Origin: Octopus vulgaris | Lineage: Eukaryota | NCBI GenBank assembly: GCA_951406725.2 | Contig: OX597829.1 | Location: forward strand, 434,001-498,000 | Direction: 5' to 3' | DNA length: 64,000 nt | In this document: in pieces, positions 55,391 through 64,000 of the stretch | Numbering within the stretch: the stretch's first letter is position 1 | Layout of the letters: each line of letters opens with the position of its first letter | Made by a program: the position numbers and the translations under genes | The notes under the pieces: generated by a model | Told to the model about the DNA's origin: nothing | What the model saw: only the letters and a program-made list of their open reading frames with translations | Databases searched by the model: none

Positions 55391-56457
55391 ATGCGTGTGT
55401 ATGTATGTATGTATGTATGTATGTATGTATGTATGTATGTATGTATTTGTGTATGTATGTATGTATGTATGTATGTATCTAAGTATTGGCACATATTGAC
55501 ACGTATATATACACACATAAATATATATATCTATAGGCAGTCTGCTCTGTATTCTCCATTACCATTGACCTTGTTTGAGTCATACAATTATTGCCTTCAC
55601 TATGGGTAGATATTCTATGCAATATCATCATTTGCCCAGATATACAAGGGGCTGTCAGTCACACAGAACGCCAGAGAACGCCTCGTCAACAACGCTAACT
55701 CTATCTTATATTTCAATAGAGAAATTCTCTCAATGTCTGTGGCAAAAACCCACCCTCCCTCCATCCATCCAGCCCACCCCATTCTTCTCTTTCTCTCTCT
55801 TTCTCGTTGTCTTTTCTTTTTCATTCTTGTTTCGTTTTTTTCCCTTCTTTCTTCCTGCCACTAGCCTCTCCACCCACCCCCCTTTTTTCTGACACTCTCA
55901 TTATGTATTCAAAAATGCATGCACGTACACAAACACATAAACAGACACGCACGCACATACATACACACATACACACGTACGTACATACGTACATACACAT
56001 TCATGCATACATACACACATACATACACACATACACACATACGTACATACACATTCATACATATATACATAAATATACACATACACACAAACACACATAC
56101 GTACATACTTACACACATACATACATACACACATACACACATACGTACATATACATTCATACATACATATACACATACATACATACTTACATACATACAT
56201 AAACATACATACACATATATAAATATGAATACATTCTTGCATGCTTACATACATATATATATATACCTATATACATAGTACTATGTATGTATGCATGTAT
56301 GTATGTATGTATATATGTATGTATTTATGTAAGTATGTGTGTGTGTAAATATATATACATACATACATACATATTTATGTGTGTCTATATATAATATATA
56401 TGTGTGTGTGTACATACGCACGTATACACACAAGACAAACACACAAACACGTACATA

Positions 56458-56500
<43 letters not shown>
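55220..56500. repeat. (TATG)n, (CATA/CA)n and (TA)n tracts
   Basis: Direct reading. A unique spacer lies at about 55530-55900. Confidence 0.85.
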
Positions 56501-56503
<3 letters not shown>

Positions 56504-56794
56504 GTAAGATAGGTTTGTGTATACACTTGCATCCTCATATATATTCCTAGAATCGTCATAGATAAATATTGTCAGCCGTGACGATACACTCTGCTTGAAT
56601 TCCAGGCAGGGGCCACGCCCTTACACCGCTGGCACTACCAGTACCAATACTGCCCCCCCCCCCGCCACTCCACCGACTCACCTCCCGCTAACACCAATAA
56701 CACCATCCATTTCCATTTACATACATTCACACAACTGCCAAATCCATCATTCACTTTCCAGGAGAATACTCGAAAGTTATGCCAGCGTAAATAG

Positions 56795-57020
56795 TAACAA
56801 CAGCAACAACAACAACTAAAACAACAAGAACGAGAAAAAAAAACAACAGCATCAACATCAATAACAACAACAGCAACAACAACAACAGCAGCAGCAGCAA
56901 CAACAACAACAACAACAGTAGCAGCAGCAACAACAACAACAGCAGCAGCAGCAACAACAACAACAGCAGCAGCAGCAACAACAACAACAACAACAACAGC
57001 AGCAGCAGTAGCAGCAGCAT
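56795..57020. repeat. (CAA/CAG)n tract
   Basis: Direct reading of the sequence. Confidence 0.93.
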
Positions 57021-57077
57021 TTATAAAAATGTGCTCGAATTTTTCCACAAGGGCATCAATTTTCGCGAGAGGTCACT

Positions 57078-57393
57078 GATTTAATCGACGCCGAAAGGAT
57101 GAAAGACAAAGTCGACCTCGGTGGAATTTGAACTCTGAACCTAAAGACGGACGAAATACCTATTTCTTTACTACCCACAAGGGGCTAAACACAAAGAGGA
57201 CAAACAAGGACAGGCAAAGGGATTAAGTCGATTATATCGACCCCAGTGCGTAACTGGTACTTATTTAATCGACCCCAAAAGGAAGAAAGACAAAGTCGAC
57301 CTTTGGCGAAATTTGAACTCAGAACGTAACAGTAGACAAATTAACCCTAAGCATTTTGCCCGGCATGCTTACGATACCGCCAGCTCGCCGCCT
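57078..57393 (-). mobile_element. SINE family A dimer
   Basis: Junction gacgaaatacctatttcttt at about 57150-57169. Confidence 0.85.
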
Positions 57394-59175
<1,782 letters not shown>

Positions 59176-59830
59176 ATTCACTGGGTAATTTGCAATAACT
59201 TGGACCTGCCCTTGATAAAAACTGGTGGGAACACAAACCATCTCCAGTGCTTGAAAAGGACCACATCTCACTCCTTTGGAACATTACCATTCTAATTGAC
59301 AGAAAGATAGATATGAATAGTCCAGATATTATATTGAAAGACTTCAGACAAATATCATGCCTCCTCATTGATATGACTGTCCCAATCGATATAAACGTAG
59401 CTGTCAAGATCTACCAAAGACTGAGCAAATATAAAGATCTTGAAATAGAAATCAGCAAAATGTGGAACCTGAAGACTAAAACAATACCTGTTGTCATATG
59501 TGCCCTGGGAATGATAGCAAAAGAAGCTGATTGCTACCTATCTCAGATACTAGGAAACTCCAAAATGGCAGAAATTCAAAAGACACTGCTCGTGGCAAGT
59601 TCCCATATCCTACGTAAAATCCTGTCAATGCAATCTCAAATTTTAAAACAAACTCATAAGTTTCTTATATGTTCTTAAACATTCTCTAGAATAATATTTT
59701 GAGCAAAACCAAATATGTGACACCCTAGGCATAACACCAACACAAACTTCCAACTTGTTGTCTCTTGAGGTCTCTGGGTGAGACTTGAAGCCAACTTGTA
59801 CAAATGTAAAGCAAAAGCCAAATATAGAAC
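59176..59830 (+). mobile_element. R4/Dong-clade LINE 3' fragment (restriction-like endonuclease plus UTR) in (TAA)n
   Basis: LLWNITILIDRKIDMNSPDIILKD..CLLIDMTVPID..KYKDLEIEISKMWNLKTKTIPVVICALG is a PD-(D/E)xK RLE. (TAA)n on both sides. Confidence 0.92.
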
Positions 59831-59975
<145 letters not shown>

Positions 59976-60014
59976 TTAATAATAATAATAATGATGATGA
60001 TGATGATGATGATG

Positions 60015-60078
<64 letters not shown>

Positions 60079-60079
<1 letters not shown>

Positions 60080-60455
60080 CTTTAAGTTCCGCTGAAGTCG
60101 ACTTACCCCTCTCCCGAAATTGCTGGCCTTGTGCGTAAAACTGAAACCATTATTATTATCATTAAGGTGACGAGGTATTAGAATCGTTACCACACCGGAT
60201 AAAATACGCGGCGATATTTCTTCCGGTTCTTTGCGCTCTGAGTTCAAATCCCGCCAAGGTCGAATTTTCCATTCATTCTCTGGATAAATCGATTACATCA
60301 GCCCCAGTGTTCAACTGTTACTTATTTTATCGACCCTTAAAAGAATGAAAGGCAAAGTCGATCTCAGCGGTAATTGAACTTAGAACGTAAAGCCGGAAGA
60401 AATGTTGTTAAACATCTTGTTCGACGCGCTAAATATTCTGTCAGCTTGCCGCCTT
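60079..60455. mobile_element. Cluster of old SINE A fragments in both orientations
   Basis: Tail fragment, plus-strand head, then a minus-strand copy ending cttgccgcc. Confidence 0.75.
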
Positions 60456-60479
60456 CATAATAAGGTTGTAACTAAGGGA

Positions 60480-61062
60480 GAATAATGTAACGATTCCTTA
60501 CAGAGTGGACCATCAAAGTTAGTAAACTATATGCTGTTGTGAAAGGCCAAAACAATAAAATCTGTTTATTTATTGACATGAGCATACCCTGAGATCATAA
60601 TATGTCGGCAAAAGAAGTTCATAAGCTCAGAAAGTATAAATATTTGCCGATTGAAATCGAAAAAGTGTGGGATCTCAAGACGGTTACAATACCTATGATT
60701 ATAGGAACACTTGGAATTATCAAAACGGGAACTAAAAATCATTTAAGGTGATCCTTGGCTTACCATCCATGCAGGAAGAGCAAAAAATTGTCTTAAATGG
60801 TATGTCACACGTATTGAGAAGAGGATTGTCGCTGTGAATTTTCTTTCCTTTCTTCCCTCATTTTCTTTGTTTTCTTTTCCATTTTTCTTTTTTTCCTTCT
60901 TTTCTTTGTCATTCTTCCCCTTTTTTCTATTACATGACTTCGTAAATGAACAATTTGTTGTGTTTATTTTTGATGGCCTACCAATGCATACAGTGAGTGT
61001 CTTTGCTCTTGGTGTTGGGAAGACACCTGGCAAGAAATGAAAAAAAAATTGAAAGAAGATAA
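60480..61062 (+). mobile_element. Second R4/Dong-like RLE 3' fragment
   Basis: ICLFIDMSIP*DHNMSAKEVHKLRKYKYLPIEIEKVWDLKTVTIPMIIGTLGII. Confidence 0.85.
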
Positions 61063-61140
61063 TGATACTACTATTATTACTACCACCACCACCACCACCA
61101 CCACCACCACCACCATCACCACCACCACCACCAATACTAC

Positions 61141-61181
<41 letters not shown>

Positions 61182-61196
61182 CCCTATTATTATTAC

Positions 61197-61259
<63 letters not shown>

Positions 61260-61295
61260 CATTATTGTTATTGTTATTATTATTATTATTATTAA

Positions 61296-61559
<264 letters not shown>

Positions 61560-61597
61560 CATCATTATTACTATTAATATTATTACTATTATTAAAA

Positions 61598-61810
61598 GGT
61601 GGCAAGCTAGCAGAATCGTTAATACGCCGGACAAAGGACTTAGCAGCATTTTATCCGTCAGTATGTTCTGAGTTCAAATTCCACCGAGGTTGACTTAGCT
61701 TTTCATCCTTTCTGGGTCGATAAAATACGTACCAGTTGAATACTGGGGTCGATGTATTTGAGTCATCCCCTCCCCCAAAATTGCTGCCCTTGAGGAAAAA
61801 TTTGAAACTA
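61598..61810 (+). mobile_element. Old SINE A subfamily
   Basis: ggtggcaagctagcagaatcgtt..gttcaaattccaccgagg..aaaattgctgcccttg. Confidence 0.8.
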
Positions 61811-61830
61811 TTATTATTATTATTATTATT

Positions 61831-62455
61831 GAGTGAGAGAGCAATTCATGCCATCAAAGTGACACTGGGGTAAAATATACGAAGCCCAATATACCCATCA
61901 TGACTACCTGTCTGATAAAGATACACCAGGTACATGCATCACAACCATATGTGCGCGACATGGTGATCTCATATCAAGATAAACAGCACATGACCTTGCA
62001 GGTGGGACCCAGTTAGAATTTTCTTCAGGTTGAGTAGCCCATCCCGCTCAAACGGTCCCTGAATAAGGGTTGTTTAAGGATGTTGAAAGAACCACCCATG
62101 TTTCCAGAGGTGAACTATTCAAACCCCAAAAATCCCTCTCAACACATGGCTATGATGCTCCCCCACTACTTCTGCTCGTGATCAGAGATGCACATATCGC
62201 CAGCCACTAAGGGACATGCTCAACTGGTTAAAGTCAAACAACTGACAAGCAAATCTGTGGTATTGAGCAGAATATTTGCTGTAGCCCATCTTTTATACCA
62301 AGACAAAACAATGTACATGATAACACTTCCAATCAGTTAAGATCAGAAGCCATGAGAGCCTCTGCCTGGTACTGCATCAGGGCATGGTACTGCATCAGAG
62401 CATGGTACTGCATCAGGGCATGGTACTGCATCAGGGCATGGTACTGCATCAGGGC
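61831..62455. mobile_element. Second copy of the 555-bp (TTA)-inserted element, with its terminal 18-mer repeated five times
   Basis: tggtactgcatcagggca x5 at 62367-62455. Confidence 0.88.
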
Positions 62456-62475
62456 TATTATTATTATTATTATTC

Positions 62476-62717
62476 AGTAGTTTTATTTTTATTTTTATAG
62501 CGTGCTTTCACTTCACTACCGAGCGCAGCTCTGTGTGCCTTGGGTATGTGCTGTGATTTGTTGTGATGCTCTGATGGTTATTGTATGGAAAGTGTTCTCC
62601 GTAGGATGTGGGCAGTGCCTAGTAGTGCAATTTTCTGTATGTTATATGTGTTTGTAAGTCCTGGTGTTTTTGTTATGTATTTGTCTGAATATTTTTTTAT
62701 CATGCCTAATGCACCTA
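62476..62717 (-). mobile_element. R4/Dong-like extreme 3' fragment in (TAA)n
   Basis: VGALGMIKKYSDKYITKTPGLTNTYNIQKIALLGTAHILRRTLS*, homologous to the end of the 59247 ORF. Confidence 0.85.
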
Positions 62718-62735
62718 CTATTATTATTATTATTA

Positions 62736-62799
<64 letters not shown>

Positions 62800-62801
62800 C
62801 A

Positions 62802-62842
<41 letters not shown>

Positions 62843-62843
62843 G

Positions 62844-62916
<73 letters not shown>

Positions 62917-62961
62917 CATTATTATTATTATTATTATTATGACAACGACGACTACGACGAT

Positions 62962-63345
62962 GATTTATTTTACCACAACTGCCCAAGAGATGGAGGACAA
63001 TATCAAAGGACGAGATACGACACAAAAAAAAACAGGTGGGGATTACATCGATTAAAGAGAGACAGTATTAAAGGATATAAAGGATATATAAATAGAAGTT
63101 AGAGAAATAAATAATGAATTTATAAAATCCCAAATAGCGGGGTAGTCCGCTTAGGGTAATTCGGGATAAGCTCCACGCAAAAATGCTGGGTTACTCTGCC
63201 CTCCCCAAGGTGTAGGGAGTGCTATCTTCCAGTTCCTTTCCTCCTACTTAAAAATCATATTCAGAGTAGCTGCATTCTCTCCAGCCTTGCCACTCTCATC
63301 ATTTTTTTGATAAACACACTAGAAGACAGCAATCGCCTTCTTTAC
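62962..63345 (-). mobile_element. Probable L1/Tx1-like LINE 3' end
   Basis: Minus strand RRLLSSSVFIKK.. followed by a pyrimidine-rich UTR ending ggtaaaataaat. Similar in layout to 28055-28405 and 6915-7140. Confidence 0.45.
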
Positions 63346-64000
63346 ACTGACCTTCCTAATTGTTTCCAATTTAAGCAAAAAGTCAGCAATTTTGAGGGAG
63401 AAGGTAACTTGATACTATCGAACCGAGAAGTTGACTGGAACATGGGCCCAGGTACAGTGGATGCAAGCGCACCTCCTAAAATTTTTGGTGACTGTAAAAT
63501 CAAAATTTACTTACTTTTCTCAGACGTAAAACCAGCGTTAAAAATGATCTGTGAAAAGTAGCTTGAAGTTAAGCTTCTTCTCAAAGAACAAAAAACAAAA
63601 ATAGATAAATAAATAAATAAAAACAATAAGACCTTGTTTGTAAAAAAATGTTGGACCTGGATTTTCACCCCCTAAACAAATTTCGCTCCCGAGCCAGTTG
63701 ACTGGTATTTTATTTTATCGACTCCGTAGGGTCGGAGAAAGAAAATAAAACAGTCGGATCCACATACATGCTGCAGAGAATATCGTCTGCCGTTCAACTA
63801 ACTGATTCTGTCAATCAATAACAATAATTACGACTAATGAACAGTAGTAATTATTTCGTTTATTGGTCGTAAGATATCAACGTATTATAGAAAGGATCAC
63901 GCAAAAGAGCGATACGAAACACATACACACACACTCTCTCTCTTTCTCGTTCTCTCTCTCACACACACATAACGCACACACACACACTTTCTCTCTCTCC

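Noticed and set aside
62367-62455. CRISPR-like repeat array
   Set aside because: The 18-mers are directly adjacent with no spacers, there are no cas genes, and the context is eukaryotic.

Overview
AT-rich, extremely repeat-dense eukaryotic (animal) DNA. I can support no host protein-coding exon, rRNA, true tRNA or CRISPR array. Nearly all ORFs in the supplied track are translations of microsatellites. The repeat set (tRNA-headed SINEs of Octopus OR/OK type, Penelope, RTE, R4/Dong, Tx1-like, Tc1 and a TTAGGG-containing MITE) suggests an octopus/coleoid intergenic or intronic region; this is inferred from pattern recognition, not a search. The most notable signal is a dispersed population of about 10 type-I hammerhead ribozyme motifs in short Penelope-derived elements sitting in (TA)n/(TAA)n tracts. 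They include a canonical copy with a long stem II (22416-22506), a copy with the C3-G8 core pair swapped to G3-C8 (23032-23081), an A6U variant family (5808-5843, 31742-31777) and minimal palindromic-stem-III copies. Other signals: a cluster of R4/Dong retroelements in a (TAA)n zone (41-63 kb), an RTE insertion that captured 114 bp of neighbouring DNA in inverted orientation, recurrent SINE dimers with one fixed junction, a ~530-bp MITE palindrome, and a perfect DR5 plus overlapping DR1 nuclear-receptor element in unique sequence. All structures were folded and aligned by eye.
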